Source: Coriobacteriales bacterium
GTDB taxonomy: Bacteria; Actinomycetota; Coriobacteriia; Coriobacteriales; CADBOM01
Direction of reading: 5' to 3'
DNA length: 50,814 nt
Assembly: GCA_050946255.1 (NCBI GenBank)
Contig: JBMNUL010000003.1
Span: 1 to 50,814 of the forward strand
The notes beneath the pieces are model-generated. The model was given only the letters and a program-made list of their open reading frames with translations. It did not search any database and was not told where the DNA came from. Shown piece by piece: positions 17,521 to 27,430 of the stretch; the first letter of the stretch is position 1, and each line of letters starts with the position of its first letter. Made by a program: the position numbers and the translations under genes.

Positions 17521-19138
17521 TCTCGCTCCATTCGTCCAGGTCCCAGAGGGTGTCACCCTCGATTCCCGCGCTCCCGGAATTCTGCCAGAATGTCGGCTCC
17601 ATACCCTCTTTGAAGCAATCCTTCATGATCTGCTTTGGCAGCCTCACGGGATACACTCCAGAGAAACAGGCCGTGCAGAAACCTGGGTTCTGCGCATATA
17701 TGCAGGATATCAGACCCTCGAGAGAAAGGTAGGCCAGCGAGTCGGCTCCAATGAATTCGCATATTTGCGGAACGTCCATGTTGGCGGCGATCAGCTGCTT
17801 CTGAACATCGGTGTCGATTCCATAGAAACATGGCCATGCCACCGGCGGAGACACGATTCTCATGTGCACTTCCTTGGCACCGGCCTCGCGAAGCATTGCA
17901 ACCAGCTGCTTGGAGGTATTGCCCCTTACAATCGAGTCATCCACTACGATGACACGTCGATTTCTGAGGGTGTACGGCAACGGATTGAGCTTGAGTCTGA
18001 TGCCGCGCTGCCGCAACTCCTGAGTCGGCTGGATGAAGGTGCGCCCGATATAGCGGTTCTTTGTCACCCCCTCGGTGTATACGATTCCGCTTTCCCTCGC
18101 GTAACCTATGGCGGCGGGAGTCCCAGAGTCGGGAACGCCCATGACGATATCGGCATCCACCGGAGCCTCGACCGACAGGCGCCTTCCCATTGCCTCGCGG
18201 GCCCTGTAGATTCCGGCGCCGTCCATTACAGAATCGGGACGGGCGAAGTAGACATATTCGAAAATGCAGGAGGCACGGCGCCCAGCGGGAAGGCCCTGTT
18301 CGCTAACAACGCCGTCCTCGTCAATCTTCACGATCTCACCCGGCTCCACATCGCGCACGTACTCTGCGCCAACGATATCAAGACCGCATGTCTCAGACGA
18401 GACGATCCAACCGCTGCCATCGGGGAACTTTCCAATGCAGAGCGGCCTGATCCCGTTCGGGTCGCGGAAGGCGTACAGCGCCTTGTCGGTGATGAGCGCG
18501 ACAGCATATGCGCCGGAAATGAGATGCATGGTCTTTCTGATCCCCTCCCTCATATGGGAGGTCTTCTGGGTGAAATAACCAATGAGCCTGGCGGCGACCT
18601 CGCTGTCCGTGTTGGATCTGAACGAGATTCCCTTGTCTATGAGGATGCTGCGGAGAACGTGGGTGTTGACGAGGGTCCCGTTGTGAGCGAGGGCGATGAC
18701 CTTGTCCCCTATAACCGAAAGGTGGGGCTGCGCGTTTTCCCAGGAAGTGTATCCACCGCTTGTGGAATAGCGGCAGTGCCCGATTGCCACGAACCCGGAG
18801 AGCGAGGAGAGCTCGGCCTCGTCAAAGACCTGGGTCACAAGACCCATGTCCTTCGTGGCCGTCACGGTATACCCGTCGCCCACGGCGATGCCAGCAGATT
18901 CCTGCCCCCTGTGCTGGAGCGCATGCAGCCCGAAGTACGTGATCCTCGCAACATCGCGGCCTGGTGCGAACACGCCGAAGACCCCGCATTCCTCATCGAG
19001 ATGGTCGTCGTCGATGCGGATGTCATCGGAATGAGTAGCATTCCCATTGTGCCCACGATTGGAGGTTTCGGGTTCACCTGCAGTTGAATCGGGAGCGCCA
19101 GAGTGGCGTCCCGAGTTGAGCTCGGGGGTATCGTTCAT
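17513..19138 (-). CDS. purF: Amidophosphoribosyltransferase
   Basis: EECGVFG, LQHRGQESAG, CIFEYVYFARPDS, VVDDSIVRGNT, PCFYGID, FCTACF. Confidence 0.97.
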   Translation of the reverse strand: MNDTPELNSGRHSGAPDSTAGEPETSNRGHNGNATHSDDIRIDDDHLDEECGVFGVFAPGRDVARITYFGLHALQHRGQESAGIAVGDGYTVTATKDMGLVTQVFDEAELSSLSGFVAIGHCRYSTSGGYTSWENAQPHLSVIGDKVIALAHNGTLVNTHVLRSILIDKGISFRSNTDSEVAARLIGYFTQKTSHMREGIRKTMHLISGAYAVALITDKALYAFRDPNGIRPLCIGKFPDGSGWIVSSETCGLDIVGAEYVRDVEPGEIVKIDEDGVVSEQGLPAGRRASCIFEYVYFARPDSVMDGAGIYRAREAMGRRLSVEAPVDADIVMGVPDSGTPAAIGYARESGIVYTEGVTKNRYIGRTFIQPTQELRQRGIRLKLNPLPYTLRNRRVIVVDDSIVRGNTSKQLVAMLREAGAKEVHMRIVSPPVAWPCFYGIDTDVQKQLIAANMDVPQICEFIGADSLAYLSLEGLISCIYAQNPGFCTACFSGVYPVRLPKQIMKDCFKEGMEPTFWQNSGSAGIEGDTLWDLDEWSENA

Positions 19139-19404
19139 CTTGAAAAGTCACGTCCTCATCGCCCGTCGAAAGCGCGGGTTGGAAATCGTCGCCAGTTCCT
19201 CATAATGAGAGGCTACCCCTGCATTGTTGCGATTTCGTTAATTGCGTCTCGGCCTGACGTGATTCAGCGAAAATTATCGGGCGGCTCCATTACGATGTGG
19301 ATGATAAAGTTGCCGACCTTCTGCATCTGGATCGTGCGGAAAGAGAGACGAAACCGATGCCTCAAACGGTCGGCATGATCCACCTGGCCGACAGCTCTGA
19401 TGAA

Positions 19405-20250
19405 CTAGCTGTTTGGGTAGGTTACGGCTTCGGTCTGCACACAGCAGAGCACGGTTCTAACGTCGTTGGCCTCATAGCTGCAGGTCACGAGTGAGAACAT
19501 CTTGTCTATCTTGGAAGTGTCCACAGTGGAATCCGTGACCGCGTTCTTCATCAACTCGGAGATGTAGGACCTGAAATCCTCATCGTCGGCAAACTCCACC
19601 TGCCTGAGCTGATCTGCGCCATCGCAAATGTAGGTGAAGGCAGGAGCCAGAACATAAGCATGCTCTGGAGTCAGGATCAGCACCTTGTATCCCTGGTTCA
19701 GGAAATCCTGGTCCTTGAATTGTAAAATCTGCGCGAACATGGAGCCGTTGAGCATGTTGTGCCCATAGATCATGTTGTGCCTGTCAGAGAAATCCGGAGA
19801 GTTCACATAGTCGAGGAATATTGCCCCAGAGTTGCTGTATGTTCCGTCATACAAATGGTGCAGGTAGTATTCGTTGTCGTCGCCTTGCACTATTGGGTAG
19901 TTGATGTCTGTCCCCTGGACATAGATCCAGCCCACGACATCTGGGTTCTGGGCCTTGAGTGAATCCCAATCCACTTGGAGGCTGAGAAGGTCGTCTTCTT
20001 CGAGGGCCTTGTCCATCTGGTCCATGGTGACACCAGCGACCTCGGAGAGGTCGATGTACTCGGAGTCGGCAGACATGTAGCTGTAGAGGATTTTCCCACC
20101 GATCCCGAGCGCAGCCACAAGGAGCACAATGCCAACGATTAAGAGAACCTTGCTCTTTCGGTCCCAAGGCTTCTTGGCTTTCTTGCGCTTCTTTTCATTG
20201 CTGACGTGCTTCGGAGCAACATTGTCGGTGTTCTCTTCGGTAGAGCTCAT
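19405..20250 (-). CDS. srtB: Class B sortase
   Basis: N-terminal TM anchor, NPDVVGWI, INYPIVQGDDNEYYL, IYGHNM and catalytic SLVTCSY...R. Start re-called to ATG 20250. Confidence 0.9.
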   Translation of the reverse strand: MSSTEENTDNVAPKHVSNEKKRKKAKKPWDRKSKVLLIVGIVLLVAALGIGGKILYSYMSADSEYIDLSEVAGVTMDQMDKALEEDDLLSLQVDWDSLKAQNPDVVGWIYVQGTDINYPIVQGDDNEYYLHHLYDGTYSNSGAIFLDYVNSPDFSDRHNMIYGHNMLNGSMFAQILQFKDQDFLNQGYKVLILTPEHAYVLAPAFTYICDGADQLRQVEFADDEDFRSYISELMKNAVTDSTVDTSKIDKMFSLVTCSYEANDVRTVLCCVQTEAVTYPNS

Positions 20251-20571
20251 TTCTTTCTCATTTCGGAGATAAATCCCTTGAGGATGAGGCCCACGACCAG
20301 AACTACGACGATGGCAATGAGAATCCACAGCACGTAACTGGGAACTTGCAGTCCGAACAGGTCTATCATCTTTCAAGCACCTCCAACGCAAAGGAGGCGC
20401 CAGAGCGCGCCCCCTCGCCATTTTCGTCATTGGCAATCAACCGTGCTCGATTGGACGTTGCCAAACAAGCCTCGGCCAGTTCTAGGATTGTACGACCCCA
20501 ACATCGAAGCGGCAACCGTTAAAGTGGCAAACTTCCGTTGCAGGTGCCGAACTGGCCAAATCAACCCAGGG

Positions 20572-21186
20572 CTATTTGGTCGACTCGTCCATAGGATAGT
20601 CGATTGGCCCGATATCGGAATCCTTCTTTTTGAAAAACGACTTCTTCCGGTTCTTCTTCGCCGCCAGGCGCTCGGCCTCGAGTCGCTCCGCTTCGATCTC
20701 GTGCTTGATCTGCTTCTTAGTCTTCTTCTCCACGGCACCGCTCTCGATGCGCCGGCGAATTTTCCAGATCTTTCCAAACTCCATCCAGAGGGCAACGCCG
20801 ACCAGGACGTATGCCAGGGTGATGGTGGTGATGAATGCGACTCCGCTAATGTCCTTTGCGAACCATGAAATCACGACGAACGCCACGCCGATTCCAATGC
20901 ACCACCACCAACGCTTGCGCCATTTCCTGATCTCGGCGTTGTTCTTCGTCTCCCTGTTGATATCGTTGCGGTCGAGAGTGCTGTACTTGGCCGCAGTGCG
21001 GTTCTTGGTCTTCTGCTCTTTGATGGCTTCCTCGTCGCGAAGCTGTTTGCGAGTCTTCTTGATATCGCCCTTTTCGTAGACCGTGGACGCAGCGGCCTTG
21101 GCAGGCTTGGCCTTCGAGGCGGACTTCTTGGTATGACCCTCGAGCTCGGTCCTGTACCTGTCGTTGTTCATGCTTCTCTGTGTCAT
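20572..21186 (-). CDS. Hypothetical Lys-rich membrane protein (2 TM helices)
   Basis: ATG 21186 with SD AAGGAG. Basic termini flank WWWCIGIGVAFVVISWF and ITTITLAYVLVGVALWMEF. Confidence 0.75.
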   Translation of the reverse strand: MTQRSMNNDRYRTELEGHTKKSASKAKPAKAAASTVYEKGDIKKTRKQLRDEEAIKEQKTKNRTAAKYSTLDRNDINRETKNNAEIRKWRKRWWWCIGIGVAFVVISWFAKDISGVAFITTITLAYVLVGVALWMEFGKIWKIRRRIESGAVEKKTKKQIKHEIEAERLEAERLAAKKNRKKSFFKKKDSDIGPIDYPMDESTK

Positions 21187-21372
21187 TGCTCTCCTTGGAG
21201 AAAAACGATAGGGCCGGCGCAGATGCCAGCGCGCCAACCGGCAACATCTCAGGTCTCAATAGGACGTTGCAACCGGTAGGCGATAGTTTTCTAGTCCCGT
21301 TCGTAACATTGTACAGTCTTAATGCGTCACAATGCGGGAATGTTCTTCAAATATCGAAGTTTTGCGGGGAGT

Positions 21373-22245
21373 TTAGACGTTGAACGGCTTCCCGCTGATG
21401 AGCTCGTATGCCTGAATGTACTTCTGCGAGGTCTTTTCGATGATGTCCTTGGGCAGCGACGGAGGTTCTCCGGTGCGGTCCCAATTTGCGTTGAGCCAAT
21501 CGCGGACGAACTGCTTGTCGAAGCTCGGCTGGCTCTTGCCCTCCTCGTACTGGTCGGCTGGCCAGAACCTCGATGAATCTGGGGTGATGACCTCGTCGGC
21601 CAATATGATCTCGCCGTCGTAGACTCCGAACTCGAGCTTGGTGTCCGCGATGATGATTCCCTTTTTGGCAGCGTGGTCGCGGGCCTTCTCATAGATCGCG
21701 ATCGACTTATCGCGGAGGAAGTTGGCGTTCTCGGCACCGATTTTTCCGACGATCACATCGAAGCTCACGTTCTCATCATGGTCGCCGATCTCCGCCTTCG
21801 TCGAGGGAGTGAAAATCGGCTCTGGGAGCTTGCTCGAGTTCACAAGGCCCTGCGGCAGCGGAATCGAGCATACAGTGGAGCTCTTCTTGTACTCTTCCAG
21901 GCCACTGCCAGCAAGATATCCTCGCACGATGCACTCGACCGGGAACATATCGGCCTTCTTGACGATCATGAACCTGCCCTTGAGGTAGTCGGAATAGGGC
22001 TTGAATTTCTCGGGGAGGTCCGCCACGTCAGCGGAAATTAGGTGGTTCCCGATCATATCGGAGAGAAGATCGAACCAGAAGAGCGAGAGCTGGGTGAGAA
22101 CCTCGCCCTTGTGCGGAATCTCATCCTTGAGGATGTAGTCGAAAGCCGAGATCCTATCGGTGGTGACCATGAGCAGCTTGTCGCCGAGGTCGTAGATGTC
22201 CCTGACCTTGCCCTGGCTATCTGGCTTAATCGGAATCTGATTCAT
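21373..22245 (-). CDS. purC: SAICAR synthetase
   Basis: GKVRDIY, DRISAFD, PVECIVRGYLAGS, IIADTKLEFG, DEVITPDSSRFW, SFDKQFVRDWL. Confidence 0.97.
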   Translation of the reverse strand: MNQIPIKPDSQGKVRDIYDLGDKLLMVTTDRISAFDYILKDEIPHKGEVLTQLSLFWFDLLSDMIGNHLISADVADLPEKFKPYSDYLKGRFMIVKKADMFPVECIVRGYLAGSGLEEYKKSSTVCSIPLPQGLVNSSKLPEPIFTPSTKAEIGDHDENVSFDVIVGKIGAENANFLRDKSIAIYEKARDHAAKKGIIIADTKLEFGVYDGEIILADEVITPDSSRFWPADQYEEGKSQPSFDKQFVRDWLNANWDRTGEPPSLPKDIIEKTSQKYIQAYELISGKPFNV

Positions 22246-23980
22246 CGCTGTTCTCCTTAGTATCTTCTTCCACGATGTACTCGACGTCGTCGGACGCCTT
22301 CTTGGAGCGGGACCTTCTCGAACTCCGACCGCGCGACTCCTTTTTTGCTCCAGAGTCCCTGCGCTGTCTCACCTGTTTGGAACCCGACCCGTTCTTGGAA
22401 CCCGATCCATTCTTGGCCCCGGAGCCACTCCCCTCTTCACCCTTGCCATCGTTGGCGGGGAAATTCATGAAGCGCTTGGGAATCCTCGTCTGCAGGCTCC
22501 CCTTGTTATCTTGCTTCTTTTTCTGCTGTTGCTTTTTGGGATCTTCCATGATGAGCGGGATGTTTATCGTGAACGTGCTGCCCTTGCCGACTTCGGAGGT
22601 CACATTGACCCAACCCTTGTGCCTGTCGACGATTTCCTTCACGATCGCAAGCCCAACTCCGAGGCCTCCCGTCTCGCGCTCTCGACCGGAATCTGCACGC
22701 CAGAAGCGGGAGAAGATGTGCTTCAGGTCTTCCTCGCTCATTCCGATTCCGGTATCGGATATTGCAATCTGGGCCATCATCCCGCTGCGCTTCACCTCTA
22801 TGGTGACCTTGCCGCCTTCCGGAGTGTATCTCACGGAGTTCGAGAGGATGTTCGCGGTGGCCTGCTTGATCAGGTCCGGGTCGGCCATGACCTTCACGCC
22901 CAGCTCGTATGTGTACTCGAAATCGAGGCCAGCGTCCTCGAGGAGCATCTGGTGGCTGAGCACGAGTTCCTCGAGCGTCTCCCCCAAATCGATTTCCTTG
23001 GCGTTCATCGGGGTGGACCTGTTCTCGAGGCGGCTCAGCTTTAGCATCGCATCCACGAGCTTGCCGAGTCGAACGACCTCGCTGTTGAGCATCGTGAGAC
23101 GCTCTTCGTCGGCCGGAAGGACACCGTCGACCATCGCCTCCATCGTTGCCTGCATTGCCATCAGAGGAGTACGCAGCTCATGGGCCACATCGTTTGTGAG
23201 CCGGTGCTCTAGCTCCCTGTCGTTTTCAATCGACTCGGCCATGTCGTCGAAAGTCATGCCGAGCTGGGAGATCTCGTCCGAACCCACCAGCTTCGTGCGG
23301 GCGCTGAGGTTACCGTCCTTGATCTCGTTGGCGGTCTTGGTAATCCGCTTGACCTGATAAAGCATCCCCCTGGCAAGCAGGTAACCGATTATGCACGCGA
23401 TTGCAACTGCCAGGACAAAGGCCACGGCCATCGCGCCGAAAGTGTTGTTCCTGAAGTTGATGTCCGCCTCAGACAACGCCGGAGACGTCCCGAAGGTCCA
23501 CACGTTCACTTTGCCGACTACCTCGCCGTCCACCACGATTGACGCAGAGGCGATGTGCCCACCTGTTGATTCGACGACGTCGTTGGCATCGGTGTATTCG
23601 GTGCTGGCCTTTTCGCCGTAGATGAGGTTCCCATCTGCATCTAGGGCCTGCACTTCCATATCGGAATTCGGGAAAACCGTGTCGGGAAGACTTTCGAGGG
23701 CGTCCGTCCAGCCGACGCCAGGCTCGTAGCAATCCTCGAGCATGTTGGCCGTGCTCTCGGCGGTGACCCTCATGTTGTCAAGTGCATAATCGGAGAAGTG
23801 GATGTCCCACATTACCACCATGACCAGCGCCGCGATCAGCGCCGTGATGGTTGCGACCAATCCGAATAGCAGCGTTATCCTGGCGGTATACGACAGGCCA
23901 TCGGACTGTTTGTGATTTGTCTCATTGTTGGTGCGGGCTATCTTTATCACCTTGTCCCGTTCGGGCCGTCGATGTGCCAC
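22226..23980 (-). CDS. Sensor histidine kinase (2 TM, HAMP, HisKA, HATPase_c) with a low-complexity C-terminal tail
   Basis: DEISQLG HAMP, DVAHELRTPL H-box, NILSNSVRYT, DTGIG, GGLGVGLAIVK. The start may be GTG 23950. Confidence 0.93.
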   Translation of the reverse strand: MAHRRPERDKVIKIARTNNETNHKQSDGLSYTARITLLFGLVATITALIAALVMVVMWDIHFSDYALDNMRVTAESTANMLEDCYEPGVGWTDALESLPDTVFPNSDMEVQALDADGNLIYGEKASTEYTDANDVVESTGGHIASASIVVDGEVVGKVNVWTFGTSPALSEADINFRNNTFGAMAVAFVLAVAIACIIGYLLARGMLYQVKRITKTANEIKDGNLSARTKLVGSDEISQLGMTFDDMAESIENDRELEHRLTNDVAHELRTPLMAMQATMEAMVDGVLPADEERLTMLNSEVVRLGKLVDAMLKLSRLENRSTPMNAKEIDLGETLEELVLSHQMLLEDAGLDFEYTYELGVKVMADPDLIKQATANILSNSVRYTPEGGKVTIEVKRSGMMAQIAISDTGIGMSEEDLKHIFSRFWRADSGRERETGGLGVGLAIVKEIVDRHKGWVNVTSEVGKGSTFTINIPLIMEDPKKQQQKKKQDNKGSLQTRIPKRFMNFPANDGKGEEGSGSGAKNGSGSKNGSGSKQVRQRRDSGAKKESRGRSSRRSRSKKASDDVEYIVEEDTKENSDESDSD

Positions 23981-24031
23981 GGCCGCAGAGAGCGGGCGAA
24001 CCCACGGATGCCATGGCTACCAAACGAGATT

Positions 24032-24739
24032 CTACTCCGTCTTGCTCGGATCCTCGAATCTATAGCCGATTCCGTGCACGGTGTAGAGCCACTTGGGATG
24101 GCGCGGATCGTCTCCGAGCTTGGCGCGGAGATTCTTGATATGGCTGTCGATTGTGCGCTCATAGCCCTCGAAGTCGTAGCCCAGGACCTTCTCCACGAGC
24201 TCCATTCGCGTATATACCCTTCCGGGATATCTGGAAAGAGTCGTGAGGAGCTTGAACTCGCTTGCGGTGAGGTCGACTTCCTTGCCGGCAACAGATACCT
24301 TGTGCCCGGAGATGTCGATGACCAAATCGCCGAAAGTCAGGATCTCCCTCTGCGGGTCGGAATCGATGTGGGCTCTACGGAGAAGCGCACGGACCCTCGC
24401 GACGAGCTCCCTGGGAGAGAACGGCTTCACCAGGTAGTCGTCGGCTCCGAGCTCGAGCCCCACGATCTTGTCCTCGACCTCGCCCTTCGCCGTGAGCATG
24501 ATTATCGGGGTGTCAGATGAATCGCGGATGATCTTGCACACGCGCTCGCCAGAGACCCTGGGCAGCATCAAATCGAGGATCACGAGATCGAAGCGCTTCT
24601 TCTCGAATTCATCCAGAGCCTCCTGACCATCTCCGACCGCAGTTACCCAATAGTTCTCCCTCTCGAGATAGGCGGCCACCGCATCGCGGATGGCCTTTTC
24701 GTCCTCCACCAGGAGAATCCTTCTCACTTCATCGCTCAT
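24032..24739 (-). CDS. OmpR/PhoB family response regulator
   Basis: ILLVEDE, LVILDLMLP, IIMLTAK, GADDYLVKPFSPREL, RTIDSHIKNLRAKL, TVHGIGYRF. ATG 24739 after SD AGGAG. Confidence 0.95.
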   Translation of the reverse strand: MSDEVRRILLVEDEKAIRDAVAAYLERENYWVTAVGDGQEALDEFEKKRFDLVILDLMLPRVSGERVCKIIRDSSDTPIIMLTAKGEVEDKIVGLELGADDYLVKPFSPRELVARVRALLRRAHIDSDPQREILTFGDLVIDISGHKVSVAGKEVDLTASEFKLLTTLSRYPGRVYTRMELVEKVLGYDFEGYERTIDSHIKNLRAKLGDDPRHPKWLYTVHGIGYRFEDPSKTE

Positions 24740-25006
24740 TTCGTTTGCTCCTTTATCTTTCGGCATGTTGCCGTTTTGGTGACCAATTGGTTTTTAAGAG
24801 TAATGGGATCCCGAACAGAGACTCCACTTGAACAGTTTAACCGAGTTTGGACCACCCTGACATTTCTACAGAAAACCTGCACTTAGATAAAGCTTTTTTA
24901 ACATTTGACAGGCAATTAGCTTCTTGAAACCTATTCAAAGAAAGCTCCACAAGACCAAGAAACAGACGGCTGCCGCCATAGCACTACCGCCATTGAGGAC
25001 ATTTGG

Positions 25007-26248
25007 CTACAGAACCGAGAACACCCTGACGTGCACGTTTCCATCGCCAGACCCATCGCCCTTGGGAACCGAGGTGTACACAACGACGTTGTCAGAGGTT
25101 CCGGTGCTGAGCAGGAAGTCCCCGTAGCTCTCGCAGCCCGAGACAGTGTCTATCGCGAAGAAGCTCTGGGACGAGAGGTCCAACCCGACCACGCTCTTCG
25201 TGCTCTTGATGAACAGGTACTTGCCGCATTTTACCGGAGTGTCCATTGGCGTCCTGTTGAAGCGCATGTAGGTGGAATCATCGATTGGCGCATATGTGCC
25301 GAAATCCGAAATCCCGCTGTCGTAGTTGTAGCTCTTCTCGATGCTGAACACGAATGAGCCATCGAGGTAGATCGCGTCGTATGCCTGCATGGAACTTGGA
25401 AGGAGCTCTGCGGCCACCACATCTCCCGTGCTCGCGTCTATTGCAGTTAGCTGATAGCGGGTGCTCTGCGTGTCGGCCCTTGGCACGATCGTCACGATTC
25501 CATCCGAGGCCTGCGGATTGGTTATCATCCTCCCGTGAGATGTGTAGACCACGCCCGCTTTGGATGATCCAGAATCTGCGTATTTGAGGTAGGAGTCGCT
25601 GTCTGAAGCTCCTCCGTCTTCGGATGGCATGTAGGTCCAGAATGCCCGGGACCCGCTAACGCACAGCATCGGCGGGTCGAAGTCCGCATCGCCTTGATCC
25701 ACCATATTGGGAGCTCCTATAGAAGATGAAGACTGGACAGGCGCCACATAGAGCCTCCAGTCGTCGGTATGCAAATTGCATTCCACCCAGACGATGACCT
25801 GGTCGTTGGCCCTGACGTCGTAGATCTGATAACCCTCGGATTTGGAAAGCGGCGTGGAGAGAACGGAGGACATCCCGCCGCTCAGAACGGGGAGAAGCCC
25901 TATTTGAACGAGCACGTCCGTTGAATCACCCGGATAGAGCATGGCGGCAAGCGAATCTCCATCCATGTGCCCGACCGTTCCTATCTGGAGGTCGTATTCA
26001 GTTGTGAGGGAGACGCATTTTGAAGCATCTAGCTCCGAGAAGTCAGAGGAATCGACGACCTGATCCGTCGACACATCGAGCTCTGTGGGCTCGACATCGC
26101 CCTGCGCGCCCGTCGATCCACCCGAAGAAGAGCAGCCGCTGAGAATCGCCGTCGAGCCTATGATTGCCAGCGTTACCCCGGCAGACCCGATGACGAACTC
26201 CCTTCTGGTCAGCTCGAAACGATCTTTTTCTTCGTTCTTCTCAACCAT
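25007..26248 (-). CDS. Tat-exported lipoprotein of unknown function
   Basis: Twin-arginine motif TRREFV, a hydrophobic stretch and lipobox LSGC; beta-rich mature region. Start approximate. Confidence 0.75.
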   Translation of the reverse strand: MVEKNEEKDRFELTRREFVIGSAGVTLAIIGSTAILSGCSSSGGSTGAQGDVEPTELDVSTDQVVDSSDFSELDASKCVSLTTEYDLQIGTVGHMDGDSLAAMLYPGDSTDVLVQIGLLPVLSGGMSSVLSTPLSKSEGYQIYDVRANDQVIVWVECNLHTDDWRLYVAPVQSSSSIGAPNMVDQGDADFDPPMLCVSGSRAFWTYMPSEDGGASDSDSYLKYADSGSSKAGVVYTSHGRMITNPQASDGIVTIVPRADTQSTRYQLTAIDASTGDVVAAELLPSSMQAYDAIYLDGSFVFSIEKSYNYDSGISDFGTYAPIDDSTYMRFNRTPMDTPVKCGKYLFIKSTKSVVGLDLSSQSFFAIDTVSGCESYGDFLLSTGTSDNVVVYTSVPKGDGSGDGNVHVRVFSVL

Positions 26249-26542
26249 CAGCACCAAACCCAATGAGAAACGTTCGACCTCGCGGCAAGGAATGGACCTT
26301 GTGCAGAATATGATACGACACCCGGAAAACCACCTCCGCGTAATCGAATTTCGCATCAGCCCAATGCGCGAAAAATGGAACGGCAAAGAATTTTAGCGGC
26401 TTTCATGTTAACGAGGATTTTATTCCGACTTTGTGGTAGCTTGATAAATATGAACCTGAAGTCTCGGAAATTCTGCTCGAAAGGCAGGACTGGGGAACTG
26501 GTACAATTACGGGAATGCTGGCTTTGAACCTAGGAGGTTGTC

Positions 26543-27145
26543 GTGGCATCGCGAATCATAACCATAAGCAGGCAGTATGGAAGCGGTGGTCGTGAAGTCG
26601 GGGAAAGACTGGCCGAGAAACTCGGCTACACCTATTACGACAAGGAAGTTATCCGCCGCGCAGTAGAGGAAAGCGATATCAGCGAGGAAATCTTCGAGAA
26701 AGGCGACGAGAGCGCTGGCAGCATGTTCTCGTATCTGCTCTCGTTTGCAAACGGCCAAGGTGGACAAGAGGAATCTCTGCCCCTGCCCGACCGCATCTTC
26801 CTGATCCAGTCAAAGGTCATCAAGAAGCTGGCCGCCGAGGGCCCGTGCGTCATCATCGGGCGTTCTGCGGACTATGTGCTGCGCGACAGCCCAGACCTGC
26901 TGAGAGTTCTAATCTATGCGGACAAAAAAGCCCGCGTCGAACGTGTCATGAAGCGCAACAACCTCACCGAGAAGGGTGCCCTGGCCCGAATCAAGAAGAT
27001 CGACAAGGGCCGCGCGCTCTACTACGAGCAATTCACCGGCAACAAATGGTGCGACGTATTCCAGCATGACGTCGCGATTTCCACGAGCAGGTTCTCCATC
27101 GAGGACACTGTCGAGATTCTTGCGAATATAGCCAAGAACAGCTAA
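26543..27145 (+). CDS. Cytidylate kinase-like family protein (Cytidylate_kin2)
   Basis: IITISRQYGSGGREVG, GPCVIIGRSADYVL, DKGRALYYEQFTG. SD GGAGG. Confidence 0.88.
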   Translation: MASRIITISRQYGSGGREVGERLAEKLGYTYYDKEVIRRAVEESDISEEIFEKGDESAGSMFSYLLSFANGQGGQEESLPLPDRIFLIQSKVIKKLAAEGPCVIIGRSADYVLRDSPDLLRVLIYADKKARVERVMKRNNLTEKGALARIKKIDKGRALYYEQFTGNKWCDVFQHDVAISTSRFSIEDTVEILANIAKNS

Positions 27146-27169
27146 ACGGCGCAACCTCATGCATTGAGT

Positions 27170-27212
27170 TCGAGCCCGGGTTCTCGTCATGAGACCCGGG
27201 TTCGATTGTTTT
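27170..27212 (+). terminator. Intrinsic terminator after the kinase-like gene (possibly bidirectional)
   Basis: TCGAGCCCGGG-TTCTC-GTCAT-GAGA-CCCGGGTTCGA followed by TTGTTTT. Confidence 0.7.
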
Positions 27213-27262
27213 CTGCTACTGCTTGAATTGCCCTGGCGAGCAAGGGAGCCTGCCGACTGCGC

Positions 27263-27358
27263 CGACGTTCGGAAATCCCGTTGAGGCCTAGCCCTCGAAA
27301 TCTCATCGGCGGTGTCGACATTCGGAAATTCCGCTGAAGCTGGGCCCTCGAAATCTCA
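27263..27358. repeat. Degenerate 53-bp-period direct repeat downstream of purB
   Basis: CGACGTTCGGAAATCCCGTTGAGGCCTAGCCCTCGAAATCTCA (27263) versus CGACATTCGGAAATTCCGCTGAAGCTGGGCCCTCGAAATCTCA (27316). Confidence 0.75.
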
Positions 27359-27430
27359 CCATGGCCGTCTTCAAAATCTTGCCGAATAGGACCGGCCAAC
27401 CGAAGCCCCATCGAGGTAATCGCCTGACGG

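Noticed and set aside
17471-19087. 538-aa plus-strand ORF
   Set aside because: Antisense shadow of purF; no motifs, and expected from high-GC codon bias.
19139-19400. Possible ZTP (pfl) or purine riboswitch upstream of purF (AACTGGCGA on the minus strand)
   Set aside because: The remaining ZTP elements (GUGG/CCAC stem, CGCCUGGGCA 3' hairpin) are absent, and no purine-riboswitch core is visible.
20251-20436. Extended sortase N-terminus
   Set aside because: Non-protein-like sequence; ATG 20250 gives a typical basic-then-TM N-terminus.
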